This document shows positions 8,572 through 18,436 of a stretch of DNA of 29,261 nucleotides, piece by piece. The notes under the pieces were generated by a model. It was given only the letters and a program-made list of their open reading frames with translations. It did not search any database and was not told the origin of the DNA. This stretch comes from a bacterium (GTDB taxonomy: Bacteria > JAMCPX01): positions 21,052 to 50,312 of the forward strand of contig JBBIVV010000016.1 in NCBI GenBank assembly GCA_037439545.1, given 5' to 3'. The first letter of the stretch is position 1. Each line of letters opens with the position of its first letter. The translations under genes were made by a program, and so were the position numbers.

Positions 8572-10367
8572 TGTTTGGTTTGTGGTTCCTTGCCGAAAAG
8601 CGTATGCTGGAGCGTATAAAGTTTTTTGTAGTAGCCGTCATTTTTCATGAGTATGTCATGAGAACCCTCTTCTACGAGCTCGCCGTGAACCAGCACTGCA
8701 ATCCTGTCTGCACGTTCTGCCGTGTAGAGCCTGTGCGCTATAAAGAACGTCGTTTTGTCCTTCATGAGATTATCGAGCGCCTTTTGTACCTCGTTCTCTG
8801 ACTTTGCATCGAGGTTCGATGTCGCTTCATCGAGGATTAGTATGGAAGGGTTCTTCAGTATTGCCCTGGCTATCGCAATCCTCTGCCTTTCTCCGCCCGA
8901 TAACTTTGTCCCTCTTTCTCCGAGGTTGGTGTTGTATCCATCGGGCAGGCGAAGGATAAAATCATGTGCATAGGCTAATTTTGCCGCTGAAACAACCTGT
9001 TCGAAAGTTGCATCATTTTTTCCATAAAGGATATTGTTGTACACTGAATCGTTAAACAGAATGGTTTCCTGCGTTACAATGCCTATCATATCGCGCAGGG
9101 ATTTAAGTTTTAAATCTTTTATATCCAGGTCATCGGTCTTTATAGAGCCGGATGTGACGTCATAAAATCTTGTCAGCAGGCTTACGAGCGTGCTTTTCCC
9201 TGCTCCGCTGTCACCCACGATGGCAAGTATCTCTCCCTTCTTTACTTTAAAAGATATGTCCTTCAATGCCTCACGGTCTCCATATCTGAAGGAAACATGA
9301 TTGAAGGAAATATGATCTTTTATAGAGGTAATTGCGTGATGTCCGTCCTTCGCTGTTTCTTCGGGCTCATCCAGTACCTGAAACACACGTGCCGATGCCG
9401 CAAGCCCGTCCTGAAGCACGCTGTTTATATTACTCAGGTTTTTAAAAGGCTGGTACAGCATACCGATTGCCGCAAAGAATGAAAAGAAGCCCTCGGGCGT
9501 AAGCGTCCCGTGCATTATCCTTACGCCGCCGTACCAGAACGCTCCTACGAATCCGATGACCATAAGGAATTCCATGAAGGGCACGAACAGGGCATTGACT
9601 TTTATGCCCCTCATTAATGCCGCATAAAGCTCTGAGGTAAATCTTTTGAACCTGTTTATCTCATATCCTTCCTGGTTGAAAGCCTTTACTATATTGATAC
9701 TGGATATGGATTCGAATAAGTTGTTGTTCAGGTTTGCTGCTGCGTTCTGCCCCTGGATGCTGACTTTCCTCAACTTCTTGCCGACCCATACGACCGCATA
9801 ACCCGCGACAGGATAGACAAGAAAGGTCAGGACGGCGAGCTTCCAATCAAGGAAGAAAGCAAGTCCTATGAGGACAATGATAGAGAAGCTGTCCCTGAGT
9901 GTCCCTGCAACTGCGCTTGTGACAGCACCCTGGACCAGCCCAACATCGTTCATGATCCTCGATACAAGCGTCCCTGTTTGTATCTTTGAAAAGTAATCCA
10001 TGGGCAGGTATTGGATGTGTTCAAACAATGCATTGCGTATGTCCATTATGATCCTCTGACCTATATTGCCCATAAAATAAGCTTGTCCGTAGTAAGAAAG
10101 GCCCTTCAGCAGGGCAACTGCAATGAGTGTTATAGGCAGGTAATAGAACAGCGCCTGTTTCGGGATCCTCGATAAAAACACGAAAGGTCCTGCGATATGA
10201 AGCGTTGTCTCCGCAGGGTTTATTACGAACTTCACGAGAGGACCTGCAAGGTATGCAAGTGCCCCTGTCATCAGGGAAAGGATTACCATCAGGATCATTG
10301 CGACGATGAACCTCCCTATGTGCGGCTTTAAATATTTCAAGAGTCTCGATAGCAACGTCCTGTTCAT
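8568..10367 (-). CDS. msbA: Lipid A export ABC transporter permease/ATPase
   Basis: Multi-TM N-terminal domain plus NBD (GDSGAGKST, LSGGERQR, LDEATS); lies directly after lpxB. Confidence 0.92.
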   Translation of the reverse strand: MNRTLLSRLLKYLKPHIGRFIVAMILMVILSLMTGALAYLAGPLVKFVINPAETTLHIAGPFVFLSRIPKQALFYYLPITLIAVALLKGLSYYGQAYFMGNIGQRIIMDIRNALFEHIQYLPMDYFSKIQTGTLVSRIMNDVGLVQGAVTSAVAGTLRDSFSIIVLIGLAFFLDWKLAVLTFLVYPVAGYAVVWVGKKLRKVSIQGQNAAANLNNNLFESISSINIVKAFNQEGYEINRFKRFTSELYAALMRGIKVNALFVPFMEFLMVIGFVGAFWYGGVRIMHGTLTPEGFFSFFAAIGMLYQPFKNLSNINSVLQDGLAASARVFQVLDEPEETAKDGHHAITSIKDHISFNHVSFRYGDREALKDISFKVKKGEILAIVGDSGAGKSTLVSLLTRFYDVTSGSIKTDDLDIKDLKLKSLRDMIGIVTQETILFNDSVYNNILYGKNDATFEQVVSAAKLAYAHDFILRLPDGYNTNLGERGTKLSGGERQRIAIARAILKNPSILILDEATSNLDAKSENEVQKALDNLMKDKTTFFIAHRLYTAERADRIAVLVHGELVEEGSHDILMKNDGYYKKLYTLQHTLFGKEPQTKQ

Positions 10368-11500
10368 GGCAATGCCTTCAATAAATTTATGATCTCCTCT
10401 CCTGCTTGTTGCGATGCGTCCGCATCCCCGAGTATAGCCCTGAGTTTCACATAACCCTGTTTCATTCTATCATACGCCTCTTTATCATTAAGATATATAT
10501 CAATCATACCTGCAAGTTTTTCAGGTTTCAAGCCATTCTGCACAAGCTCGGGCACGATGTCCTCGCCCGTGGCTATGTTGATAATGCCTATGCGCTTGAT
10601 AGAGATGAGCATCATTGCTATGAGGTGCGATAAAAGAGAAACCTTGTAAACGATGACCATCGGTATGTTGAGCAGGGCCGTCTCAAGGGTTGCAGTGCCT
10701 GATGCGACGACGGCAAAGTCCGACATGCCGACTGCATTGTAGGTATCATCGATAATCAACTTCACCGGTATGGTGTATCTGCTTAGTATATGTCTGCACA
10801 GTTGTTCCTGCGAACCCAAAACAGGCACAAGAAAGAATAGCTCTTTGTGCAGGTCCTGAAGATGCCGTGCTGCTTCAAGCATTATGGGCAGATGCCGTTT
10901 TACCTCCGCTGTCCTGCTTCCGGGGAGCATGGCAATAACCCTACCGGCAGACGGTATGCCATACCTGGTGAGAAGATTTTCTTTTGATCCGGACATCCTT
11001 ACCTCTTTTACAAGAGGATGACCGGCAAAGGCTACATCAACACCTGCATCCCTGTAGAACGCCTCTTCGAATTTAAAGATAACAAGGACCTTCTTGAAAT
11101 ACTTCGCAATCTTTTTGATCCTGCCTTTTCTCCATGCCCATATCTGCGGCGAGATATAGTATACGAGAGGTATGCAGGCTTTGTTCAGCTTTTTTGCGAG
11201 CCTGAGGTTGAAATCGGGGAAATCAATCAATATGCCGAGGTCTATATGGCCGTGAAGCGCTGTAGAGGCAACGCTTTTGAAAGCCTTTCTTATGTCGCCG
11301 AGATGTTTGATCACCTCCGATATGCCGACAACTGCAATCTTATCGGCATCGAAGATGATATGGACACCGGCCTGTTTCATAAGCTTGCCGCCGATGCCGA
11401 TAAACTCGATGTCCGGCATGCGGGAGCGGATTGCCTTAACGAGGTTGGCACCGTGAAGATCGGCGGATGGCTCGCCCGCTATTATCAGCACTTTTTTCAT
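10364..11500 (-). CDS. lpxB: Lipid-A-disaccharide synthase
   Basis: IAGEPSADLHG, IDFPDFN, YYISPQIWAWR, GHPL, LPGSR and SGTATLE motifs. Confidence 0.97.
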   Translation of the reverse strand: MKKVLIIAGEPSADLHGANLVKAIRSRMPDIEFIGIGGKLMKQAGVHIIFDADKIAVVGISEVIKHLGDIRKAFKSVASTALHGHIDLGILIDFPDFNLRLAKKLNKACIPLVYYISPQIWAWRKGRIKKIAKYFKKVLVIFKFEEAFYRDAGVDVAFAGHPLVKEVRMSGSKENLLTRYGIPSAGRVIAMLPGSRTAEVKRHLPIMLEAARHLQDLHKELFFLVPVLGSQEQLCRHILSRYTIPVKLIIDDTYNAVGMSDFAVVASGTATLETALLNIPMVIVYKVSLLSHLIAMMLISIKRIGIINIATGEDIVPELVQNGLKPEKLAGMIDIYLNDKEAYDRMKQGYVKLRAILGDADASQQAGEEIINLLKALP

Positions 11501-11528
11501 AACACCATGGATATATATCAGGCCCGGG

Positions 11529-12482
11529 TTACAAGGTTTTTGAATAGCCTATGACCTGCAGGTTCTTCTCTATTTTCGAAAGTATCTTGAACGCACTTTC
11601 CAGTGCCAGCAGGCCGTCCACACCCTTTACGACAGGTTCGGTCTTTGTTTTTACGGCATAAATAAAGCTCTTTATTTCCTCGAGCAGGCTGTCTTCTTTT
11701 GAAATCTCGAGCTGCTTTGCCTCCAATTCCGGATGAGTGCCCTGGTTGATCTTCACGATATTGACCTTCGATGTGCCGTAGTCTATGGAAAAATAACTGT
11801 CTCCCTGAAACAGCCGTATCTTACGCATCTTCTCCGTGGAGACCCTGCTTGCAGTCACATTTGCAACACAGCCGTTTTTGAATTTGAGTCTCGCATTCGC
11901 AATATCGATCTTATCGGTCAATACCGGTACACCGACGGCATCTATGGATACAATATCGGACTGGATCAATGAAAAGATAATATCGAGATCATGGATCATA
12001 AGGTCTCTTATCACGTCGACATCGGTGCCCCTTACGGTAAAAGGGCTTAGTCTGTGCACCTCGATAAAAACGGGCTTGTTTATCATGTCTTTTACGGTCC
12101 TTATTGCGCTGTTGAACCGCTCGAGATGTCCTATCTGAAATGCAGTGTTATTTTGTCCGGCAAGTTTTACCAGTTTTTTTGCGTGCGAAACAGTATCGGT
12201 TATGGGTTTCTCGAGAAGTACGGGGATGCCTCTTTTCAGAAAATATCCCGCGACTTCATAATGGCTGATCGTAGGGACAACGATGCTTACAGCGTCAACA
12301 AGTCCGGATAGTTTTCTGTAGTCGGCGTAGGTAGTTACTTTAAACCTGCCGGAAGCGGCTTTTCTCTTGTCTTCATCAGTGTCCGCAACAGCAACGAGGT
12401 CTACCTCATCAAGCTGCGTATATTTATCGCAGTGAAAAGTGCCGAGGTATCCAGCACCGACAACGCCTATCTTCAGTTTCAT
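11529..12482 (-). CDS. gnnA: Gfo/Idh/MocA oxidoreductase, probable UDP-GlcNAc 3-dehydrogenase (GnnA-like)
   Basis: GVVGAGYLG, LLEKPI, GHLERFN, DVIRDLMIHDLD and TASRVS motifs; lies between lpxA and lpxB. Family is clear; the GnnA function is inferred from context. Confidence 0.75.
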   Translation of the reverse strand: MKLKIGVVGAGYLGTFHCDKYTQLDEVDLVAVADTDEDKRKAASGRFKVTTYADYRKLSGLVDAVSIVVPTISHYEVAGYFLKRGIPVLLEKPITDTVSHAKKLVKLAGQNNTAFQIGHLERFNSAIRTVKDMINKPVFIEVHRLSPFTVRGTDVDVIRDLMIHDLDIIFSLIQSDIVSIDAVGVPVLTDKIDIANARLKFKNGCVANVTASRVSTEKMRKIRLFQGDSYFSIDYGTSKVNIVKINQGTHPELEAKQLEISKEDSLLEEIKSFIYAVKTKTEPVVKGVDGLLALESAFKILSKIEKNLQVIGYSKTL

Positions 12483-13258
12483 AATCTATACCTGCACACA
12501 CCCCTTTTCGAAGCACGGATAAAATCTATTATGTAAAGCACTTCAGGGTCCGGCGGAAGCTCATCCCGGACCTTTTTGATTGCGTCATCAATACTGCTGC
12601 TGTCCCTGAAAAGAATCCGGTATGCCTTTTCAATGAGCTGTATCTTTTCCTTTGTGAAGCCTCTTCTCCTCAATCCAATTATGTTGATGCCGAAAAGTCT
12701 TGCCCGGTCCCCGCTTGCGACTGCATACGGCGGGACATCCATTGTTGCCATTGCACCGCCGCCCACCATTGCAAGCCTGCCGATACGCGCAAACTGGTGG
12801 ACAGCTATAAGTCCGCCCAGTATTGCCATGCTTTCCACGGTAACATGTCCTGCGAGTGTTGCATTGTTTGCGAATACAGTCTCATCTCCGACGATACAAT
12901 CATGGGCGACATGAGAACCGATCATGAGCATATTTTTACTGCCGATGGTCGTTACTCCCCTGCCTGTCGGTGTGCCCGGGTTGATGACCACCTGTTCCCT
13001 TATAATGTTATTATTACCTATGACCAGTCTCGTGGGCTCATTCCTATACTTCAGATCCTGCGGGGCGGACCCTATTGATGCGAACTGGAATATCCTGTTA
13101 TTGGTGCCGATCTCCGTATGACCATCGATTACAACGGACGGGCCTATGACCGTTCCATCGCCAATCTGCACATGCGGTCCGATAACCGTGTAAGGACCGA
13201 CCTCTACGTCTCCGAGTTTTGCACCTTTTGAAATTATGGCGGATGGGTGAATGTTCAT
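12479..13258 (-). CDS. lpxA: Acyl-ACP--UDP-N-acetylglucosamine O-acyltransferase
   Basis: Hexapeptide repeats; PQDLKY, HVAHDC (catalytic His), LAGHV, VHQF and GLRRRGF motifs. Confidence 0.97.
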   Translation of the reverse strand: MNIHPSAIISKGAKLGDVEVGPYTVIGPHVQIGDGTVIGPSVVIDGHTEIGTNNRIFQFASIGSAPQDLKYRNEPTRLVIGNNNIIREQVVINPGTPTGRGVTTIGSKNMLMIGSHVAHDCIVGDETVFANNATLAGHVTVESMAILGGLIAVHQFARIGRLAMVGGGAMATMDVPPYAVASGDRARLFGINIIGLRRRGFTKEKIQLIEKAYRILFRDSSSIDDAIKKVRDELPPDPEVLYIIDFIRASKRGVCRYRL

Positions 13259-13695
13259 CTCGACTCCTTCACAAGAGCGGTCAGTATCTCGCCCTCTGCA
13301 ACGACCTTTCCGTTCACGGAAGCTTTACAGGTAAATGCGATAAAATTCTTCAAGTGTTTTTTTACCGTGGATTCGAGTTTTACCGTATCGCCCGGCACTA
13401 CAGGCTCTCTGAACCTGAAGCCGTCGATGCTTGCCAGATACGGTACCCCGGCGCTCATATCGAGAATAGACTTTGCGGCAAGTATGCCGCTTGTCTGTGC
13501 AAGCGCTTCAACGATAATGACACCCGGTAGTATCGGATTATTGGGAAAATGCCCTGTGAAGACAGGTTCGTTGACCGAAATGTTTTTAAGAGCAACGATC
13601 CTCTCTCCGGGCACGAGTTCTTCAACCCTGTCGACAAACAGGAATGGATACCTCTGCGGTATAAGGCTCATGATCTCTTTAATGTCAAGTTTCAT
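13255..13695 (-). CDS. fabZ: 3-hydroxyacyl-ACP dehydratase
   Basis: RYPFLFVDRV and FTGHFPNNPILPGVIIVEALAQ motifs; lies between lpxD and lpxA. Confidence 0.97.
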   Translation of the reverse strand: MKLDIKEIMSLIPQRYPFLFVDRVEELVPGERIVALKNISVNEPVFTGHFPNNPILPGVIIVEALAQTSGILAAKSILDMSAGVPYLASIDGFRFREPVVPGDTVKLESTVKKHLKNFIAFTCKASVNGKVVAEGEILTALVKESR

Positions 13696-14723
13696 TTTTT
13701 TTCTTCCTTTATTTTATCTATTCCTGCGTGCTTTCTCAGCTCATTCAGCAGCCGCCTCATTTCGGGAAGTTCCTTGAATACCGTGACTGCCTTAAGCCAG
13801 TCCGAATGATTGATGGCAGGACTGCCGGATACGACGCTGTGGTTCGGAATGTCTTTGGCAACACCCGCTTGTCCGCCTATGATAACGTTGTCGCCTACCT
13901 TAATGTGTCCCGATATGCCGACCTGTCCGGCAATGGTCACATTGTTTCCCACATGCGTGCTGCCTGATATGCCCGCCTGGCTTGCGATAAGAGAATTCTC
14001 TCCTATTTGTACATTGTGGGCTACCTGAACGAGGTTATCTATCTTTGTGCCGTTACCGATCCTCGTGACGCCAAGCGCAGCCCTGTCTACGGTGGTATTC
14101 GCCCCGATCTCGACATCATCGCCTATGTCGACGCTTCCTATTTGCTGTACCTTTATATTCTTTAATCCGTCTTTTGCAAAGCCGAAACCGTCGGCTCCTA
14201 TCACGGAACCGGCGTGTATAATACATCTTCTGCCGATGATCGTGTGATGGTATACCGTAACATTGGGATAGAGAACAGTATCATCGTGTATAACACTGCC
14301 GGAGCCTATATAGACATGGGGATATATATGGACCCTGCTGCCAATCTGAACATTACTCTCGATGTAACAGAACGGTGCAATATGCGTGTCTTTGCCTACC
14401 AGAGTATTTTTGCCGACGTAAGCTCTGCCGTCTATGCCCCAGTCATAGTGTGAAAGCGGATGGAACTTTGCCACTACCTTTGCGAATGCAAGATAGGGTT
14501 CTCTGACAATGATCTGTGCTGCAGCTATTCCTTCGATGTCTTCTCCTGTGATAAGCGCAGACGCCTTTGTCTGGAATACGAGGGACTTATATTTCTGGTT
14601 GGCAATAAAAGAAATGCTGCCTGCCTCGGCTTCTTCAAGGGTTTTAATGTCGTTTATTATGAGGTTCTCGTCGCCTTTTATCCTCCCGCCGATCAACTGT
14701 GCAAGCTCTTTCAGGGTGTACAT
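13692..14723 (-). CDS. lpxD: UDP-3-O-acyl-glucosamine N-acyltransferase
   Basis: IGADGFGF, VEIGANTTVDR and KIDNLVQVAHNV motifs; hexapeptide repeats. Confidence 0.97.
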   Translation of the reverse strand: MYTLKELAQLIGGRIKGDENLIINDIKTLEEAEAGSISFIANQKYKSLVFQTKASALITGEDIEGIAAAQIIVREPYLAFAKVVAKFHPLSHYDWGIDGRAYVGKNTLVGKDTHIAPFCYIESNVQIGSRVHIYPHVYIGSGSVIHDDTVLYPNVTVYHHTIIGRRCIIHAGSVIGADGFGFAKDGLKNIKVQQIGSVDIGDDVEIGANTTVDRAALGVTRIGNGTKIDNLVQVAHNVQIGENSLIASQAGISGSTHVGNNVTIAGQVGISGHIKVGDNVIIGGQAGVAKDIPNHSVVSGSPAINHSDWLKAVTVFKELPEMRRLLNELRKHAGIDKIKEEKK

Positions 14724-14737
14724 ACATGCCCCGCTTA

Positions 14738-15283
14738 TTAATTACTGTCCTGCTTTTTTGATGCCTGCTTGTTGAAAAGGTCCATCACTTCGTCAGTGAG
14801 GTCCTCACGGTCAGGCGCGTAGAGTATGCCTCCCTGAGATTTTTCCAGGATAACGCTGTAATGGCCCTGTTTGCCGATCGTCGTTATGATGCCCTGTATC
14901 TGGAGAAGTATGCCCTTCGTCAGTTCTCCGTCCTTTTCCTGAAGCTCTTTGTCGTACTGCTGAACGAGCTTCATGAATGTATCCCTTTTCTTGACAAATT
15001 CAGCCTGTTTTTCAACAAGTGCATCATGTGACAGCAGTGAGCTCTGTGTTTCAAGGGATTTCTGCATGTCCTCGAGCTCCTGCTTCTTCTGGTTCAATTC
15101 TTTCTTTCTCGATGCGAATTGTTTCTCAAGTTCGGTCTTTGCCTTTTTCCCTTCGTTTGACTGTAAGAGAATCGTCTGAAGATCTATGTAACCGATCTTC
15201 TGTGCCGTGTCCGCACCGTAAGCCTTGAGCCATGGGATAAGTATCATCGCAGATACTATTACCGCGCTCACCAGTCTCTTCAT
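14738..15283 (-). CDS. skp: OmpH/Skp periplasmic chaperone
   Basis: Start moved to ATG 15283 after AAGGAGG. Signal peptide, KIGYIDLQ, coiled coil and DLTDEV; lies between bamA and lpxD. Confidence 0.93.
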   Translation of the reverse strand: MKRLVSAVIVSAMILIPWLKAYGADTAQKIGYIDLQTILLQSNEGKKAKTELEKQFASRKKELNQKKQELEDMQKSLETQSSLLSHDALVEKQAEFVKKRDTFMKLVQQYDKELQEKDGELTKGILLQIQGIITTIGKQGHYSVILEKSQGGILYAPDREDLTDEVMDLFNKQASKKQDSN

Positions 15284-15299
15284 AGTTACCTCCTTAAGA

Positions 15300-17606
15300 T
15301 TAATAAAATGTTCCAATCGAAAATTCAAACACATTCGGTTGATCCGAGGGCCTCGGGTTCAGGGGGAATCCCCATTCGAATCTGAAGGGTGCAATTGGCG
15401 TGAACCACCTTATGCCTGCACCATAACCCATCTGCAGCGGTGCTGCAAAATAGCCCTGATTTTCCGCATAGGCATTGCCGGTGTCGAAGAAGAGGACACC
15501 GTCAATCTTTGCTTCCTTGATCAAAGGAAAGATGTACTCTGCTGTTGTTGCTATCATTTTGTTACCACCATACATAAGTTGCGTTGTCGGTGCAAGCGGA
15601 TCCAGGTTTGTCGATAGTGCCGGTATCTCGGGCCCGATTGTCCTGTAATTATATCCCCTTACGGAATTGATGCCCCCGAGGAAATACCTGCTGGTGAATG
15701 GCAGAAATCCATTACCAGGCACATATCCGTATCCTATCCTGCCGTTTATCATAAATACGGAATCAAGGGGGAGAGGGAAGTACTGTGATGCAGACGCATC
15801 GAATTTTATGAAGGTAAAGCTGCCGCCAAACGGACCTCCTGCAAACTCGGTAGATCCGTTCAGCAGCGATCCCTTTGTCGTATACAACGGGTTGTCCCTT
15901 GTGTCCTGAATGAGTCCGAGTGTAACGGCACTCGTCACGCCATTTTGCAGCAGGTAGCTGTAAGCGCTGCTGATGCTCGAGAAATAAGAATTGTCATAAC
16001 CGTAGGTGGCATAGACCCTTAACCTGCCGATAAGCCAGTATCCGAGCTGGAAGGTGCCGCCATTGTCGTTTGTCGTGTATCCGGGATAAATATTCGACAT
16101 ATTGTAGAGGCTTGTTGACATGGACCAGTTCGTATCCATGAAATACGGGTCGGAATAGGATATGCTGTACTGCTGGGTAATGCCTCCTACCTGTGCCATG
16201 AGACTCAACTGGGTGCCGAGACCTGCAAGGTTCTGGAGCTGGACCTGTGCAGTAACGAAGAACTGCTGGTAAGAGCTGTAGCCGCCGCCGATCATTGCCA
16301 TACCTCCATGACCTTCCTTCGTTTTTACATCGAGGTTCATCGTTTCGGTGTTGTCTTCTGCCGTGCCTTTTGATGTGCTTATGTCCACATTATCGAAAAA
16401 TCCGGTTGCGAATATACGCTCTTTGGATTCTTTTATCATATTTTCCTTATAAAGTTCGCCCTCCCAGATCTGCATCTGTCTTCTTATAACCTTGTCCCGT
16501 GTTTTCGTATTGCCCACTATGGAGATCTTGTTGATATAGGTAAGAAGTCCTTTGCTGATCTCGAACTGCACTGAAACAGTTCTGTCCGGGTCGTTTATCG
16601 CGGTTTCAGGGTTGATGTTTGCAAACGCATATCCGTTGTTCGTATAGGTATCCGTTAACCTGAAGATGTCGTCCATGAGCTTGGATCTGTTGAACCACTC
16701 TCCCGGCTTTGTGCGTATACTTTCCATGAGTTTATCCTTGGGAAACAGCAGATCGCCCTTGATATCTATCGAAGAAATCTTATATCTGTATCCTTCTTCC
16801 ATGTTAATGACGATATCGATTGTCTTGCCGTCCGGATTCAGAAAAATGTGCGGCTGTTCTATTTTTATATTTATGTAACCGCTGTCCATGTAAAACATGG
16901 TAAGTCTCGTTATGTCCCTATCAAGCTCGGCTTCATTAAACTTGTCGCTGCCTGAAATAAAGCTGAAAATATTCGGCGTGGAGCTTTCAATCTTTGATCT
17001 GAGTTTTTCGGCAGGGAAGGCATTGTTGCCGATAAAGCTTATAGAACTTATTTTTACGACCTCTCCCTCTTTTATATTGATGACTACGCTGACTTCCATT
17101 GTAGAAACGGGTTGTACATCGTAGGTAACGTCTGCATTATAATAACCCTTTGCCTTGTACATGTCGATGATCTTATCGATGGAGTTTGACACCTCGGCCT
17201 TGTTGAAAAAGCTTCTTGGCTTGAATGTCAGTGCATCTTTGAGTTTGTCTGTGGCTATTTCCGAATTGCCTTTAAAGGTGATCTCCCTTACAAGAGGTCT
17301 TTCAACGACGCTGTAAGTCAGCTCAATGCCTTTATCCGAGGGTGACTCATATACTACAATACTGTCAAAGTAGCCGAGTTTGAACAACCGTAAGACGTCT
17401 TCATCGACTGTCTTCTGCGAAAGCGCATTGCCCGCAGTTTGCTGGATATTTTCGAGTATGACCTGTTTCTGAATCCGCACAGTGCCTTCAATGGTCACCT
17501 TTTCCACGACCGGCTGGTCCGCAAGCAGATTTCCCGGCAGGAACGGAATGAGAACGACGGCTGACAGGAGGAGCAGTTTAAACGATGTTTTCAAACAATA
17601 CTCCAT
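15300..17606 (-). CDS. bamA: Outer membrane protein assembly factor BamA
   Basis: Signal peptide, POTRA repeats ([12 protein letters not shown]), beta-barrel with [10 protein letters not shown]6 motif and C-terminal FEFSIGTFY. Start is ATG 17606 or GTG 17609. Confidence 0.96.
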   Translation of the reverse strand: MEYCLKTSFKLLLLSAVVLIPFLPGNLLADQPVVEKVTIEGTVRIQKQVILENIQQTAGNALSQKTVDEDVLRLFKLGYFDSIVVYESPSDKGIELTYSVVERPLVREITFKGNSEIATDKLKDALTFKPRSFFNKAEVSNSIDKIIDMYKAKGYYNADVTYDVQPVSTMEVSVVINIKEGEVVKISSISFIGNNAFPAEKLRSKIESSTPNIFSFISGSDKFNEAELDRDITRLTMFYMDSGYINIKIEQPHIFLNPDGKTIDIVINMEEGYRYKISSIDIKGDLLFPKDKLMESIRTKPGEWFNRSKLMDDIFRLTDTYTNNGYAFANINPETAINDPDRTVSVQFEISKGLLTYINKISIVGNTKTRDKVIRRQMQIWEGELYKENMIKESKERIFATGFFDNVDISTSKGTAEDNTETMNLDVKTKEGHGGMAMIGGGYSSYQQFFVTAQVQLQNLAGLGTQLSLMAQVGGITQQYSISYSDPYFMDTNWSMSTSLYNMSNIYPGYTTNDNGGTFQLGYWLIGRLRVYATYGYDNSYFSSISSAYSYLLQNGVTSAVTLGLIQDTRDNPLYTTKGSLLNGSTEFAGGPFGGSFTFIKFDASASQYFPLPLDSVFMINGRIGYGYVPGNGFLPFTSRYFLGGINSVRGYNYRTIGPEIPALSTNLDPLAPTTQLMYGGNKMIATTAEYIFPLIKEAKIDGVLFFDTGNAYAENQGYFAAPLQMGYGAGIRWFTPIAPFRFEWGFPLNPRPSDQPNVFEFSIGTFY

Positions 17607-18270
17607 CACTTATTCTGTATCTTTTTAACATCATTTTTGCGAATGACTCATTATGCGTCACTATTATAATAGTTATACCCATTGTTTTATTAAACTGTAA
17701 TAGCAGATTCATTATTGCCTCACCACTGTGTGAATCAAGGTTGCCGGTCGGCTCATCGGCAAGAACAAGGGAAGGGGACATGATAAGGGCCCTTGCAACC
17801 GCAACCTTCTGCTGTTCACCCCCTGAAAGCCCGGACGGCTTATTGGCGATCTTCTCAGATAACCCCACATCTTTTAACAGGTCAAGTGCTTTTGCTTCTG
17901 CCTGTCTTCTGTCCATGCCCGATATGATGGCAGGGAACATTATGTTCTCAACAAGGTCGAATTCTATCAGCAGGTGATGGGCTTGAAAAACAAACCCCAG
18001 GTTTGCATTTCTGAAAGAAGAGATCCCATTGGCTGATCTATCGAAGATACTTTCATTCTTGAACAGGACATCGCCGGATGTGGGCTTATCAAGGCTGCCT
18101 ATGATCTGCAGAAGCGTTGTTTTGCCTGAACCCGATACGCCCATGATGCTTACGGTTTCACCGGCATAAACATCGAGATTTACACCTTTTAAAACATCGA
18201 TGCGTCTCTTCCCGTCATAAAAGCTTTTGTGCAAACCGAGAATTTTAACCAATGGTACTGGATTATTCAT
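17578..18270 (-). CDS. lolD: Lipoprotein-releasing ABC transporter ATP-binding protein
   Basis: [37 protein letters not shown] and VTHN motifs; directly upstream of bamA. Start is ATG 18270 (alternative GTG 18294). Confidence 0.85.
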   Translation of the reverse strand: MNNPVPLVKILGLHKSFYDGKRRIDVLKGVNLDVYAGETVSIMGVSGSGKTTLLQIIGSLDKPTSGDVLFKNESIFDRSANGISSFRNANLGFVFQAHHLLIEFDLVENIMFPAIISGMDRRQAEAKALDLLKDVGLSEKIANKPSGLSGGEQQKVAVARALIMSPSLVLADEPTGNLDSHSGEAIMNLLLQFNKTMGITIIIVTHNESFAKMMLKRYRISDGVLFENIV

Positions 18271-18436
18271 ATTGTCTGCATTCAATAACAACACCCGTGC
18301 TGTTAAGTCAAGGATATATATGATTTAAAAGATTTGATTGCTTCTCCGGGAAAGAGCGTCTTTTTCGAGCGGGGGCAAACACTTTTTTCCCCTTATGGAT
18401 AAGATCAAGCGAATGAGCACACTCTCCCCAAGAGGG

